DNA of 63,958 nt, filler included, from Acidimicrobiia bacterium (GCA_041577335.1; 5 parts of 5 records of this genome joined end to end with filler, not necessarily neighbours in it), one strand, 5' to 3'. Shown: positions 19,593 to 30,069, numbered from the whole stretch's first letter. A program made the numbers and translations. The notes: generated by a model from the sequence alone, not told the origin.

Positions 19593-21365
19593 ATGAGTGA
19601 GCCCATTCGCATTGCCAACGGATCGGGGTTCTTTGGGGACCGGTTCTCGGGGATGCGAGAAATGGTGGAGGGCGGCGCCATCGACGTGCTCACCGGCGAC
19701 TATCTGGCCGAGCTGACAATGCTCATCCTGGCCCGCACCCGTGCGAACCGTCCGGGCGGCGGCTACGCCCGCACCTTCGTGAACCAGCTCGAAGTGATCA
19801 TGGGCACCTGCCTCGACCGGGGCATCAAGGTCGTCACCAATGCCGGGGGCCTCGACCCGGCCGGCTGCGCCGAAGCCATCGCCGAGGTGGCCGAGCGGCT
19901 CGGTCTCAACCCCACGATTGCCTACGTCGACGGCGACGATCTCATGCCCCGCCTCGGCGAGCTCACCACGGCCGGAGCCCTGCAACCGTTCGAGGGGGGC
20001 CCCCTCGGCGACCCGTCCGCCTATCTCACCGCCAACGCATATCTCGGATGTTGGGGCATCGTCGACTCCCTCGACCGGGGCGCCGACATCGTCGTCACGG
20101 GGCGAGTTACCGACGCGGCAGTCACCTGCGGTCCGGCTGCTTGGCGTCACGGCTGGGCCCGCGACGACTGGGATGCCCTGGCCGGCGCCGTGGTGGCCGG
20201 ACACGTCATCGAGTGTTCGGCCCAGGCAACCGGCGGCAACTACTCGTTCTTCACCGACATCCCCGGCTACGCCGAGCCGGGCGGCGCCCACCTCGGCTTC
20301 CCGTGGGCAGAAGTCGCCGCCGACGGATCGTCGGTGATCGGCAAGCACGACGGCACCGGCGGGCTTGTCTCGATCGGCACCGTCACCTCGCAGCTTCTCT
20401 ACGAGATCGGTGGTCCCGCCTACCTGGGCCCCGATGTCACGGCGCGGTTCGACACCATTCAACTCGAAGACGCCGGACCCGACCGCGTGCGGATCTTCGG
20501 AGTGAAGGGTCAACGGCCTCCCGACATGCTCAAGGTGGCCACCAACGAGCTGGGCGGCTACCGCAACACCGTGGAAGTTGCTCTCACTGGGCTGGACATC
20601 GAAGAGAAAGCCGCATTTGCGCAGGCTGCGTTCTGGGAGGTCAGCCCGTTTCGCCCCGAGGCCTTTGACCAGGTGGTGAGTCGGGTGGTTCGATCCGATC
20701 GTGCCGATGCCTCCACCAACGAGGAGGCCACTGCCGTGTGGCGCCTCACCGTGAAGGACCGGGACGAAAGCAAGGTGGGTCGGGCGTTCTCGAGCGCCAT
20801 GATTGCCACGGCACTGGCATCGATTCCCGGGCTCTACCTGCTGAGCGGTCCGCCGACCGGGTCCGGCCCGTTCGGGGTGTACCGGCCCGCTGCCATCTCC
20901 GCCGACCTGGTGCCGCAATTCGTGCACTTCCTCGGCGGTGAGACCGCCGAGGTCAGCTCGGTGGCGCCGAGTGGGTCAGCCGACATCGAGCCGGCATCCG
21001 CCCCCCACGGAGTCGCCCCTTCCGGCCCGACCGTCCCAGCACCGCTGGGTCGGGTGGTGGGCGCTCGGTCGGGGGACAAGGGCGGCGATGCCAATCTGGG
21101 TCTCTTCGTCAGATCCGACGAAGCATGGGCGTGGCTCGACACGTTTCTGACGACCGAGAAGCTCAAAGAGCTACTCCCGGAGACCGCCGACCTCGCCGTG
21201 GATCGGCATCTCCTGCCCAACCTGCGGTCGATGAACTTCGTGATCCACGGCCTTCTCGAAGAAGGGGTCGCTGCTTCCACCCGCAAGGACGCCCAGGCCA
21301 AGAGCTTGGGGGAGTGGTTGCGCAGCCGGTTGGTGGAGGTACCGGAAGCCCTTCTGACCGGCTAG
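19593..21365 (+). CDS. Acyclic terpene utilization AtuA-family protein (DUF1446)
   Basis: IRIANGSGFFGDR, DYLAELT, TGRVTD, GHVIEC, ARSGDKGG, DAQAKSLGE. Confidence 0.92.
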   Translation: MSEPIRIANGSGFFGDRFSGMREMVEGGAIDVLTGDYLAELTMLILARTRANRPGGGYARTFVNQLEVIMGTCLDRGIKVVTNAGGLDPAGCAEAIAEVAERLGLNPTIAYVDGDDLMPRLGELTTAGALQPFEGGPLGDPSAYLTANAYLGCWGIVDSLDRGADIVVTGRVTDAAVTCGPAAWRHGWARDDWDALAGAVVAGHVIECSAQATGGNYSFFTDIPGYAEPGGAHLGFPWAEVAADGSSVIGKHDGTGGLVSIGTVTSQLLYEIGGPAYLGPDVTARFDTIQLEDAGPDRVRIFGVKGQRPPDMLKVATNELGGYRNTVEVALTGLDIEEKAAFAQAAFWEVSPFRPEAFDQVVSRVVRSDRADASTNEEATAVWRLTVKDRDESKVGRAFSSAMIATALASIPGLYLLSGPPTGSGPFGVYRPAAISADLVPQFVHFLGGETAEVSSVAPSGSADIEPASAPHGVAPSGPTVPAPLGRVVGARSGDKGGDANLGLFVRSDEAWAWLDTFLTTEKLKELLPETADLAVDRHLLPNLRSMNFVIHGLLEEGVAASTRKDAQAKSLGEWLRSRLVEVPEALLTG

Positions 21366-21474
21366 CCGCCTCGACCTCGCCTGAGTTCGCTCTCACGCCG
21401 CGCCAAGCCGAGCAGCGAGCGATGTTGGTTTGGTACATTCGGACTGCGACACCGCTACACGTCAGGAGTTGCCG

Positions 21475-22437
21475 ATGTTGATGTTCGACGAGAGGCTCGA
21501 TGAAGAGCACGCAGCCGCCCTCGAGGCGATCCCGCCCGACCTGCTCGACCTGAGCGACATACCCAAGGCGCGGGCAGTTGCCGATGGGCTGCTCGAAGCC
21601 ATGGCCGACATGATCCCCGACATCCCCGGCGTGACAGCCGCCGATCATTTCGCTCCTGGTCCGGCGGGTGCGCCCGATGTCATGGTCCGCGTCTATCGCC
21701 CCGATCACCTCGAAGGCGATCTCCCGGCCCTCTATTGGATCCACGGCGGTGGCATGGTGCTGGGCAAGGTCGACTGGGACGACACCACCTGCAAGATGCT
21801 GGCGCTGGCGGGCGACTGTGTGGTGGCTTCGGTCGAGTACCGGCTGGCGCCCGAGCATCCCCACCCGGCTCCCGTGGAAGATTGTTACGCCGGCCTACGG
21901 TGGTTTTCGTTCAATGCTCCAGCGCTCGACGTCGATGCCGGCCGGATCGCAATCGGCGGCGCCTCTGCCGGCGGCGGGCTGGCGGCGGCGCTGGCGCTGC
22001 TGGTCCGGGACCGAGGCGAGTTCGATTTGGCGTGGCAGATGCTCATCTACCCCATGATCGACGATCGCAACGTCACCAATTCGAGCCACTACGTGACCCA
22101 TCCTCAGGTGTGGAATCGGGCGGCCAACTTGGCGGGATGGAATGCTCTTCTGGACGGCCGGGCGGGCGAGCCGGACGTTTCTCCGTATGCGGCGGCCGCC
22201 AGGGCCGAGGATGTGTCCGGTTTACCGCCGGCGTACATCGCGGTTGGTGAGCTCGACCTGTTTCTCGACGAGGACATCGATCACGCGCAGCGCCTGCTGG
22301 CCGCAGGTGTGCCCACCGAACTACACGTTTATCCAAAGGCGTTTCACGGCAGCGACACGTTTGCGCCCATGACTGCCACCTCGCAGCAGTGGATCGAGGA
22401 CCGAAATGCAGCCCTGAGAGCGGCACTTCACGGTTGA
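21475..22437 (+). CDS. HSL-family alpha/beta hydrolase (esterase)
   Basis: HGGG, YRLAPEH, GASAGG, catalytic D and FHG. Confidence 0.93.
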   Translation: MLMFDERLDEEHAAALEAIPPDLLDLSDIPKARAVADGLLEAMADMIPDIPGVTAADHFAPGPAGAPDVMVRVYRPDHLEGDLPALYWIHGGGMVLGKVDWDDTTCKMLALAGDCVVASVEYRLAPEHPHPAPVEDCYAGLRWFSFNAPALDVDAGRIAIGGASAGGGLAAALALLVRDRGEFDLAWQMLIYPMIDDRNVTNSSHYVTHPQVWNRAANLAGWNALLDGRAGEPDVSPYAAAARAEDVSGLPPAYIAVGELDLFLDEDIDHAQRLLAAGVPTELHVYPKAFHGSDTFAPMTATSQQWIEDRNAALRAALHG

Positions 22438-22468
22438 GCCGACGCGTTGGCGGAGAAGTCGCCGGGCG

Positions 22469-23230
22469 TCACGGCGAGGCGATCGCCGCCAGCACGCGGT
22501 CCTCGAGATCGCGGTCAGCCCGGTGAGCGATCCGGGCGAGAACGTCGCCGGTGAGGTAGCGGTCGGTGCTCCTGTCCTGGCGATGCTCATCCGAGCGACG
22601 CCGCCACTCGGCCACCAGCTCGTCGGGCATGTCGATGTCGAGGAATCCGCCAATGCGTGCCGCCGCCATTCGGGGGTCGGCGTGAAACGCCTCGTAGGCA
22701 ACCGGTAGCACGGCGATGGCATCGTCGGTCAGCACCGTAAGGAACTCCAACAGCGATCGGTTCCACGTGTTGATCGCAAGGTCGACGACGTCCCTGCCGC
22801 CCAGCCAGGAGTCGTCCTCGTTGGCCGCTCGGGCGAGGTAGGAGTTCACCACCGGCTCGACCTCCCGGTGGGTAACGATGAACCGAGCACCTGGATTGGC
22901 GAGGGCAAGCGTCGGTATCGATCTCAGGTAGCCGGGAAACTTGTCTCCCACCCAGCGGAGCTCGGCGACGCTCTTGGAATCGAGAATGGCCTGCATGTGC
23001 ATCCGTCGGGTGTCGGTGCGGTAACGCTCAGTCGCCCGGTCGAAGTCGAGCAGCCGGTCGGGCTCGAACATCGTCGGAGTGACCGCAGACGGCTCGATCC
23101 ATTTGTAGCGCTCCCGGCACACCATGACCTGGTGATGGACGTTGAGGTACTCCTGCAGGGCGGTGGTGCCGGTACGGGGACAGCCGGCCAGAAACAGGAT
23201 GCCAACGTCTTCGGGAAGCCGGTCGGTCAT
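22469..23230 (-). CDS. Sulfotransferase family protein
   Basis: 5'-PSB motif GCPRTGTT, VGDKFP, YE.F..DP. Confidence 0.85.
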   Translation of the reverse strand: MTDRLPEDVGILFLAGCPRTGTTALQEYLNVHHQVMVCRERYKWIEPSAVTPTMFEPDRLLDFDRATERYRTDTRRMHMQAILDSKSVAELRWVGDKFPGYLRSIPTLALANPGARFIVTHREVEPVVNSYLARAANEDDSWLGGRDVVDLAINTWNRSLLEFLTVLTDDAIAVLPVAYEAFHADPRMAAARIGGFLDIDMPDELVAEWRRRSDEHRQDRSTDRYLTGDVLARIAHRADRDLEDRVLAAIASP

Positions 23231-23383
23231 GGCCCAGAGGATAGGGGGCTCGGGCCCCACCGGGCGCGCCGTGCGTGAGGGGACCTTCGGCACGGCGAGG
23301 ATGACATTCCCCACTGGCAGCCGTGCGCTCGCTGGAGCACAGTACGGCCACGTGTCATCGAAAGTTACCCGTGGAGGTGCAGT

Positions 23384-24121
23384 ATGACGACGCTTCTCGA
23401 ACGACCTTCCAAGGCAGCGGCCGGCAAAACCCGGCCGCCCTACCGCCTGACCGCCATCTTGGTCGGGTTGTTCTTCATCATCGGTACCGCGGCTGGGGTG
23501 GGCAGCGTCATCGCCGGCAATTCGATCCTGACGAGCGCTGATCCCGTGGCCGAGGCGGTGAGCTCCCCCAACCAGTTGATCGCCGGAGGAGTGCTGGTAC
23601 TCGTCATGGGTTTCCCGCTGGCAATGATCCCAATCCTCATGTATCCGCTGTTCAGGCGGTACAACGAGGTCTTGGCGATGGGGGCCGTGTTGTTCCGCGG
23701 GATCCTCGAAGCGGTGGCCTATCTGGCGCTGGCTCTCTCCATGTTCTTGATAGCCACGGTCGGAACAGGGCTCGCCGCAGCGGAGACCGAATCTTGGTCG
23801 GTCGCCCTCCTCGGCTTCAACGATTGGATCGAAGTGCTCTTGGCGATTGTCTTCAGCCTTGGTGCCATTCTGCTGGGCTGGCTGTTCTATAAGACCGAGA
23901 TCATCCCGCGATGGCTGGCGATCTGGGGGCTCGGTGGTGCCGCGCTCTACTTCGTCGCACCCTTCATCGTCATGTTCGATATTCACAACCTGGAGCTGTC
24001 GTTGACGACTGGCGTCGGCCTCTGGCTCGCGCCCTTGGCCATCCAGGAGATGGTGTTCGCGGTGTGGGTAATCGTGAAGGGTTTCCGGCAAGAGGCGGTT
24101 GAAAGACTCGTTGGGTCCTGA
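23384..24121 (+). CDS. DUF4386-like membrane protein
   Basis: GGAGG RBS; multiple TM helices, IIPRWLAIWG, EMVFAVWVIVKGF. Confidence 0.8.
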   Translation: MTTLLERPSKAAAGKTRPPYRLTAILVGLFFIIGTAAGVGSVIAGNSILTSADPVAEAVSSPNQLIAGGVLVLVMGFPLAMIPILMYPLFRRYNEVLAMGAVLFRGILEAVAYLALALSMFLIATVGTGLAAAETESWSVALLGFNDWIEVLLAIVFSLGAILLGWLFYKTEIIPRWLAIWGLGGAALYFVAPFIVMFDIHNLELSLTTGVGLWLAPLAIQEMVFAVWVIVKGFRQEAVERLVGS

Positions 24122-24184
24122 CCCTCAACGGAAGGCATTTGCCAGCCGAGCAGGGCGCTTGAGGTCGCTGCTCTTGCAGCTGCC

Positions 24185-24919
24185 TCAAAACTCGGCGCGG
24201 AGAAAGGCGTCGGTCTTCTCTCCGACGCCCACGCCGAGGGCTCGCAACGCCCCTGGCTGGGCGAATGAGAGCGTGCCGCCATTTTGCGAGGCGACAGTGC
24301 CGCTCAGCTCGACTGTGTCGACCCTGGCGACAACCGCTGGGTGGTGAGCGAAGGCCGCCACCGCATAGCCGGGCAGACGCAACGCCAGTTCTTCGCCATC
24401 TTCGATCACGGTTGCCCGGAGGGGGACCATCAGCCTCTGCAACGCCAGGCCGGTGACTGGGGCGACCTTGGCCATTCGATCGAGCGTCTCCTGGAGCCCT
24501 CGTCGATGTGCCTCGCACAGCCACGCCCGGACGTCGGCGTCGATGTCTTCGGGCTGCGATATCCGGATCGAGTGCCCGAAGCTGGTGGGGCCGTACATCT
24601 CGATCGTCCGGATCCGCTTGTCGCTGATGGGGCTCGGCACGATGAACGACACGTCGATCCAGCGCTGAGCGAGTTTCGCTCCGGCGAATGTCATCGACGC
24701 GATGAGCGCCACCCGGCTCTTCTGCGGATGGATGCGGAACTCGCCGCAGTCTCGGACCGCCGCCTCGAAGGCTTGGTAGAGGCCCACGGCGTGGGGCGAC
24801 TTGTCGGCCAGGTGCTCTTCGAGCGCCATCTCGATGCACGAGTGCCACTGGTTGCGGTTGGTGAAACGGCGGCCGCAATCCGGACAGGTCCACAGGTCGG
24901 TGTCCACGACCGTCAACAT
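24185..24919 (-). CDS. DUF5655-like protein with N-terminal Zn-finger-like motif
   Basis: WTCPDCGRRF..WHSC; DADVRAWLCEA; start uncertain. Confidence 0.65.
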   Translation of the reverse strand: MLTVVDTDLWTCPDCGRRFTNRNQWHSCIEMALEEHLADKSPHAVGLYQAFEAAVRDCGEFRIHPQKSRVALIASMTFAGAKLAQRWIDVSFIVPSPISDKRIRTIEMYGPTSFGHSIRISQPEDIDADVRAWLCEAHRRGLQETLDRMAKVAPVTGLALQRLMVPLRATVIEDGEELALRLPGYAVAAFAHHPAVVARVDTVELSGTVASQNGGTLSFAQPGALRALGVGVGEKTDAFLRAEF

Positions 24920-24965
24920 TATCGGTCGTGACCGACGCGGGGAGAGCGCAGCTAGCTTCGTGGGC

Positions 24966-25604
24966 GTGAACGGACCTGCCACAACCCTCCTCGTCGCAGC
25001 GGGCCTCGCTGCAGTGACGAACTGGTGGGCTGTCGGGACCGGTCGGCGCAAGCTCGAACGGATCAACAAGCCGCTGACGATGGTGCTCCTCATCGGAGCC
25101 GCCCTGGCATTGGACCCGGCCACTCCGCAGGTGCGAGCGTGGTTCGTGGCGGCGCTCCTCTTCAGCCTGGCCGGCGACGTGTTCCTCATGCTGGAACGAG
25201 AGCGGTTCGTGCTGGGCTTGGCTTCGTTTCTTGTCGCACATTTGGCGTACACCGTCGGCCTGGTGGTTCCCGGCCCCACGTTGGTTGCCGCGCTCGTCGG
25301 CGTCGGCGCCGCCGTGGGGGGCATCATGTTGGTCGGCAGGCGGATCCAACGAGCCGCGGCACGCTCGGATCCGAGTCTGGCTTCGCCGGTGCTCGCGTAC
25401 ATGGTCGTCATCTCGATGATGCTGGCGGCAGCGATCGCCACCACGAATCTCCCGGCGATCCTCGGTGCCTGCTTCTTCTATGCCTCCGACGGGATCTTGG
25501 GATGGAACCGATTTGTGGCTCCGATTCGGGGAGGCCGAGTGATGATCATGGCCACCTACCACCTCGCCCAGGCGCTGCTCGTTGTGGCGCTCGTCAGTTT
25601 CTAG
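24966..25604 (+). CDS. YhhN-family lysoplasmalogenase
   Basis: KPL, SLAGDVFL, GLASFLVAHLAY, SD, TYHLAQ. Confidence 0.88.
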   Translation: MNGPATTLLVAAGLAAVTNWWAVGTGRRKLERINKPLTMVLLIGAALALDPATPQVRAWFVAALLFSLAGDVFLMLERERFVLGLASFLVAHLAYTVGLVVPGPTLVAALVGVGAAVGGIMLVGRRIQRAAARSDPSLASPVLAYMVVISMMLAAAIATTNLPAILGACFFYASDGILGWNRFVAPIRGGRVMIMATYHLAQALLVVALVSF

Positions 25605-25652
25605 GCGCTGCCCAACGCACACGACCTCTCGAGCCCAGGTTCGCCGAGGTGG

Positions 25653-26204
25653 CTAGTCCTCGGGCTGGGCGCGGTTGCGGGTGTAGTAATCGGCGAGACC
25701 CAGCGCCGGGAGGGCCAGGAGGCCGCCGCTGAGAACGCCGAGCGCCGTCAACGAGGGAATCAGGATGACGATTCCGAAGGAGTAGGCCGCCACCGTGACG
25801 ACGGCGATCGTGCGGGCTTGCCAGCGGTCGGTGTCTCCCTCCTTCAAGGTGACGACCCCACCGATGCCGTACCCGGCTGACAACCCGAACACCGGGTTCA
25901 GCAGGCTGAAGGGAAGCGCCACCATCAGCCACAGTCCCATGCCTTTGAGCACGGCCATCGGTGCCTTCTTTCTGCCGGAGACGAATGCCACCGTAACGAA
26001 CACGAGCGGCACCAGGGCGAATCCGAGCGCAAATACCGGTCCGGTTGCGTCCGATGCGTCCCGGCTCGAGACGATCGCTGCCAGCAGCGAGCTGTAGCTG
26101 ACCATCACCACAAGCGTGCCGAGGCTGATCGCCAGCCACGACCGCCGGTAACTCGGTTGTTCGGATTCGATGCCGGCGCGGTGCGTCCGGTCTTCGTCTG
26201 TCAC
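25653..26204 (-). CDS. Hypothetical membrane protein
   Basis: GTG start; five to six hydrophobic segments; follows the ABC permease. Confidence 0.6.
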   Translation of the reverse strand: MTDEDRTHRAGIESEQPSYRRSWLAISLGTLVVMVSYSSLLAAIVSSRDASDATGPVFALGFALVPLVFVTVAFVSGRKKAPMAVLKGMGLWLMVALPFSLLNPVFGLSAGYGIGGVVTLKEGDTDRWQARTIAVVTVAAYSFGIVILIPSLTALGVLSGGLLALPALGLADYYTRNRAQPED

Positions 26205-26253
26205 GGCGCGCCAATTACGGTTCGCCGGCTCGGGCAAGCAATGGTGACCAGAC

Positions 26254-27168
26254 TCAGCCCTTGACCGAACCTGCCGTGAGACCACGCACGAAGTAGCGCT
26301 GCAGCGAGAGGAACACGACCAACGGCAGGGCCATGGTGATGAACGCACCCGCTGTCAACAAGTGCCATGCCTGGCCACGAGAGCCATTCAGGTTGTTCAG
26401 AGCCAGCGTCACCACCCGCACGTCCTGCTCGCCGCCCAAGAAGACCAGAGCGATGAGGAGATCGTTCCACACCCACAGGAACTGGAAGATGGCGAACGAT
26501 GCCAGCACCGGCACCGACAGCGGAACCACGAGCTTGGTGAACGTCTCGAAGTGGCTAGCGCCGTCGATGCTGGCCGACTCCATCATCGAAGAAGGCAACG
26601 ACCCGATGTAGTTGCGTAACAAGTAGATCGCCAACGGCAAGCCGAACCCGGTGTGGGCCAACCACACGGCTGGGAATGTTCCATTGAGGCCAACCGTCGT
26701 GTAAAGGCGGAGCAGCGGGATCAAAGCCATCTGCAGTGGGATCACCAGCAGCGCGACAACCAGGACGAACAGCCATTGCCGGCCGGGAAAGTCCATCCAT
26801 GCGAACCCATAAGCGGCAAACGCAGCGATGGTGATTGGCATCACGGTTGCCGGGATAGTCACGGATAGGCTGTTGAGAAAGGCGTTCCCGAAGCCTTCCG
26901 AAGTCAGAACGTCGCTGTAGTTCGCGAATGTCCATTCGTTGGACCCCAAGTTCGAGAACACTGTCCACCACCCGTTGGCATCAACAGCCGCCGGCGGGCG
27001 GAACGAGGAGATCAACACGCCAACCGTGGGGATGACCCAGACAATGACGATGAAGAGGATGACCAGCTTGATGGGCCAGCGGTAGAAGACTCGGCTCCAG
27101 AAGCCCTTCTCTTCTTCCTCGTAGCCAGTCGCCGCGGCAGCCGTTTCAGGGGCAGTCGTAGTGGTCAT
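26254..27168 (-). CDS. Carbohydrate ABC permease (MalG/AglG-like)
   Basis: ESASIDGA EAA loop, WNDLL, QRYFVRGL. Confidence 0.93.
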   Translation of the reverse strand: MTTTTAPETAAAATGYEEEEKGFWSRVFYRWPIKLVILFIVIVWVIPTVGVLISSFRPPAAVDANGWWTVFSNLGSNEWTFANYSDVLTSEGFGNAFLNSLSVTIPATVMPITIAAFAAYGFAWMDFPGRQWLFVLVVALLVIPLQMALIPLLRLYTTVGLNGTFPAVWLAHTGFGLPLAIYLLRNYIGSLPSSMMESASIDGASHFETFTKLVVPLSVPVLASFAIFQFLWVWNDLLIALVFLGGEQDVRVVTLALNNLNGSRGQAWHLLTAGAFITMALPLVVFLSLQRYFVRGLTAGSVKG

Positions 27169-28334
27169 CGCTGTGCCTCCTGCGCTTGGAACCGTCTGAC
27201 ATTGAGAATCATGAGCGGGACAATGGCCACGAGCAGCACAACGGCGAGGGCCGCGCCCTTCCCGTCGTTCCCGAATGTGAAGAACTCGGTCACCATTCGC
27301 TCGGCGACCACCGAGGTTCCGAACTCGCCGGATGTCATGACAAACACGATGTCGAACACTTTCCAAACCGTGATGACAATCGTCGTCAATACGACGACGA
27401 GAGTCGAGGAGATCATCGGGATGACGACCCGCCAGAACACCTGGAACTCGTTGGCGCCGTCGATGCGGGCTGCCTCCAGGATGTCATCGGGCACCGACTT
27501 GATGCCCGCCGACAGAATCACCATCGCAAAACCCACCTGCAGCCAGACCAGGATCACCATCAGATAGAAGTTGTTCCACGGCTCCTGGAGGAGCCACGCT
27601 ATGGGCTCGTTTCCGAGGTTTGTCCAGATTCCGTTGAGAATCCCGATCTGCTCGCCGAAGCCCTCCGGACGGAAGTTGTAGACGAAGCGCCAGACGATGG
27701 AAGCACCCACGAACGAAATCGCCATGGGCATGAAGATGAACGACTTGGATATCGCTTCGCCCTTGCTGCCGAGTTTGTCGGACAGGACGGCGAATGCCAG
27801 GCCAATGCTCACCGCAAGAGCAGGCACGATGATGACCCACAGCACGGAGTTGCGGAGCGCCTCGAGGGTGCCCGAATCGGTGAAGATGGCCGTGTAGTTG
27901 TCGAAGCCTACGAAGCCTTCGCCCTGGTTGTTCTGGAAGCTCAGCCTGAAGGTCACGACCGTTGGGTAGAGAAGAAAGACGCCCAGCAAGACAATGGCCG
28001 GCCCTACGAAGACGAACGGCAACACATAGTGCCGGTATCGCTCAGGAAGGCGGTTTGTGAGCCAATCCATCGCGTAGAAAAGGGCGAAGACGCCGAGCAC
28101 TCCAACGATCAGGGCCACGAAGACCACCAAAAGCCGATTGGCGTCCTCGTCCAGCACCACGGTGCCTGCCCAATACAGGATTCCGAACGCCACCACTGGA
28201 ACGACAAAAGAGACGCCCACCCTCATCAGTTGTGTCAGCAGATTGGGTTTCGGGCCTTCGTAAAGCGGCGTGATCGGCCGGTTCCCTCCGGTTTCGAGTT
28301 CTATGCCTAGAGCTTCTTCGTCAACGTCGGGCAT
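27165..28334 (-). CDS. Carbohydrate ABC permease (MalF/AglF-like)
   Basis: FVGFDNY, PMAISFVGA, EAARIDGA. Confidence 0.93.
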   Translation of the reverse strand: MPDVDEEALGIELETGGNRPITPLYEGPKPNLLTQLMRVGVSFVVPVVAFGILYWAGTVVLDEDANRLLVVFVALIVGVLGVFALFYAMDWLTNRLPERYRHYVLPFVFVGPAIVLLGVFLLYPTVVTFRLSFQNNQGEGFVGFDNYTAIFTDSGTLEALRNSVLWVIIVPALAVSIGLAFAVLSDKLGSKGEAISKSFIFMPMAISFVGASIVWRFVYNFRPEGFGEQIGILNGIWTNLGNEPIAWLLQEPWNNFYLMVILVWLQVGFAMVILSAGIKSVPDDILEAARIDGANEFQVFWRVVIPMISSTLVVVLTTIVITVWKVFDIVFVMTSGEFGTSVVAERMVTEFFTFGNDGKGAALAVVLLVAIVPLMILNVRRFQAQEAQR

Positions 28335-28374
28335 TCGTCCTCCATCGGCTTCGGTTCGCACTCTAGACCAAACG

Positions 28375-28406
28375 AAAAGGGCGGCCCGTCGGGGGCCGCC
28401 CTTTTT
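28375..28406 (-). terminator. Intra-operon terminator/stabilising hairpin after binding-protein gene
   Basis: AAAA-GGGCGGCCC-GTCGG-GGGCCGCCC-TTTTT. Confidence 0.8.
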
Positions 28407-28425
28407 GTCTCGTAGGTTTCTTGGG

Positions 28426-29793
28426 CTAGTTGGTGGGCCAGCTGTCCTCGATCGCCTGGAGGACATCCGCAGTGGGCGTGCCTCGGGTCCAGTCGATCAT
28501 TCCGGTCCAGAACGTGCCCTGGCCAACCTCGGGCGGCATCAGGTCGGAAGCGTCGAACACGAAGCCGTTGGCACCAAGAGCCGCGGATACTGCCTCGGCC
28601 TGGAGCCTCACGGTGTCGCTTTCGTAGCAGTCGAGTGACGTGTTGGCGTTGGCGGAAATCCGCTCAATGCCGGCCACTCCGTGACCTTTGGGCGAAGCCT
28701 GGATGCACTGGAGTGCGGGCTCCGAATATGCCAGCAGCGCTGCGGCAACCTCAGGACGGTTGTCGAACACTACGGCGAGCTCTCCACCACCCATGGCAGC
28801 AGCTGGAAGGCTGGTGTCAATGGCTGGGAAGTTGAAGAACGCCGCATCCTCACGGGGCAGGGGCTCCGGGAAGAAGTTGGCAATGAACGACGCCTGGCGG
28901 TGCATCATGCAGCTGGGCGGCTCATTGAACATCGGGTCTGGGGCATCACGGAAGTCGATGGCTGCAACGCCGTCGGCCCCACCGAGCACAAATCCCTCAG
29001 CAAACATGACTTCGCCGAAGATATCGAATGCGTTTTGAACGGCAGGATCGGTGAACGGGATCTCATGATTCGCCCATGCGTTGTAGGTATCGGCACCGGC
29101 GGTCCGGATCATGATGTCCTCGAGCCAGTCCGTTGCAGGCCAACCAGTGTTGGCGTCGCTACCAAGACCGATGCACCATGGCGTCTGGCCATCGTCGACC
29201 ATCTGCTGTGATAGGGCGACCATCTCGTCCCACGTCTCGGGGATCTCGTAGCCGCCGGCCTCGAACGCTGGCTCGTTGTACCAGACGATGCTCTTGTAGT
29301 TGGCGTTCGTCGGAATCGAGTAGTGCTTGCCATCGTCGCACACACCCAAGTTCATGAAGTAGGCACCGTGCGCAGCTTCGAGAGCTGCGATGTCCATACC
29401 CATGTCCTCGAGGGCAACGATCTCGCCGGCGTCGGCAAAGACGCAGACCGAGCCAGGCTGTGGAGTGATCGCGATGTCGGGCGGGTTGCCACCGTCGACG
29501 CGAATCCTCAGCTGGGCCTCGAAGTCATCAGAGCCTTCGTAGGTCACCGTGCTACCGGTCGCCTCGTTGTACTGATCGAACGTTGCTTGGATTGCCGCGC
29601 CTTCGTCGCCCGTGGGGGCGGCAAATACCGAAACCTCGGTTCCGGACACGTCGACATCGGTGAACTCGTTTGTTGCGGCTTCGCCGCCTCCGTCGTCCGC
29701 AGCGACAGTTGTTGATGTGTCGTCGCTAGAGCCACAGGCCGCTAAGACCATGGCAAAAGCAGCAAGTAGCGCTAGCCACTTTGCATATTTCAT
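28426..29793 (-). CDS. Sugar ABC substrate-binding lipoprotein (alpha-glucoside AglE-like)
   Basis: Lipobox LAAC, GGNPPD, GWPATDWLED, FDASDLMP. Confidence 0.9.
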   Translation of the reverse strand: MKYAKWLALLAAFAMVLAACGSSDDTSTTVAADDGGGEAATNEFTDVDVSGTEVSVFAAPTGDEGAAIQATFDQYNEATGSTVTYEGSDDFEAQLRIRVDGGNPPDIAITPQPGSVCVFADAGEIVALEDMGMDIAALEAAHGAYFMNLGVCDDGKHYSIPTNANYKSIVWYNEPAFEAGGYEIPETWDEMVALSQQMVDDGQTPWCIGLGSDANTGWPATDWLEDIMIRTAGADTYNAWANHEIPFTDPAVQNAFDIFGEVMFAEGFVLGGADGVAAIDFRDAPDPMFNEPPSCMMHRQASFIANFFPEPLPREDAAFFNFPAIDTSLPAAAMGGGELAVVFDNRPEVAAALLAYSEPALQCIQASPKGHGVAGIERISANANTSLDCYESDTVRLQAEAVSAALGANGFVFDASDLMPPEVGQGTFWTGMIDWTRGTPTADVLQAIEDSWPTN

Positions 29794-29918
29794 TTGTTCC
29801 TCCGTCAAGGGTGGGATCGATTAGCGGAGCTCGTCCGCGATCGGGCGCCAGCATAATGCGAAGTCAAGAAATTGTTATATTCGATCCCTTCCAGTATTTC
29901 CCAGATATTGGCGTGGTC

Positions 29919-30069
29919 CTCCCTCCAGCGAGGGGAGGAGACGGGCATGTTTCTCCCTCCAGCGAGCGGAGCGAGCGTGCAGTTGCGAGGTAACTGCTTT
30001 GAGAACGCTTTGCGTTCTCGCCGTTGGGGGGAGTACCGGCGAAGCCGGGGAGGGGGCCGAGCCGAAGGC
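29919..30069. repeat. REP-like nested hairpin element near contig end
   Basis: CTCCCTCCAGCGAG twice; hairpins at 29979-97, 30001-19, 30036-48, 30061-69. Confidence 0.55.

Noticed and set aside
18558..20927. 789-aa minus-strand ORF and similar long antisense ORFs (8827-10380, 38988-40355, 61219-62604)
   Set aside because: Shadow ORFs of high-GC genes, lacking motifs
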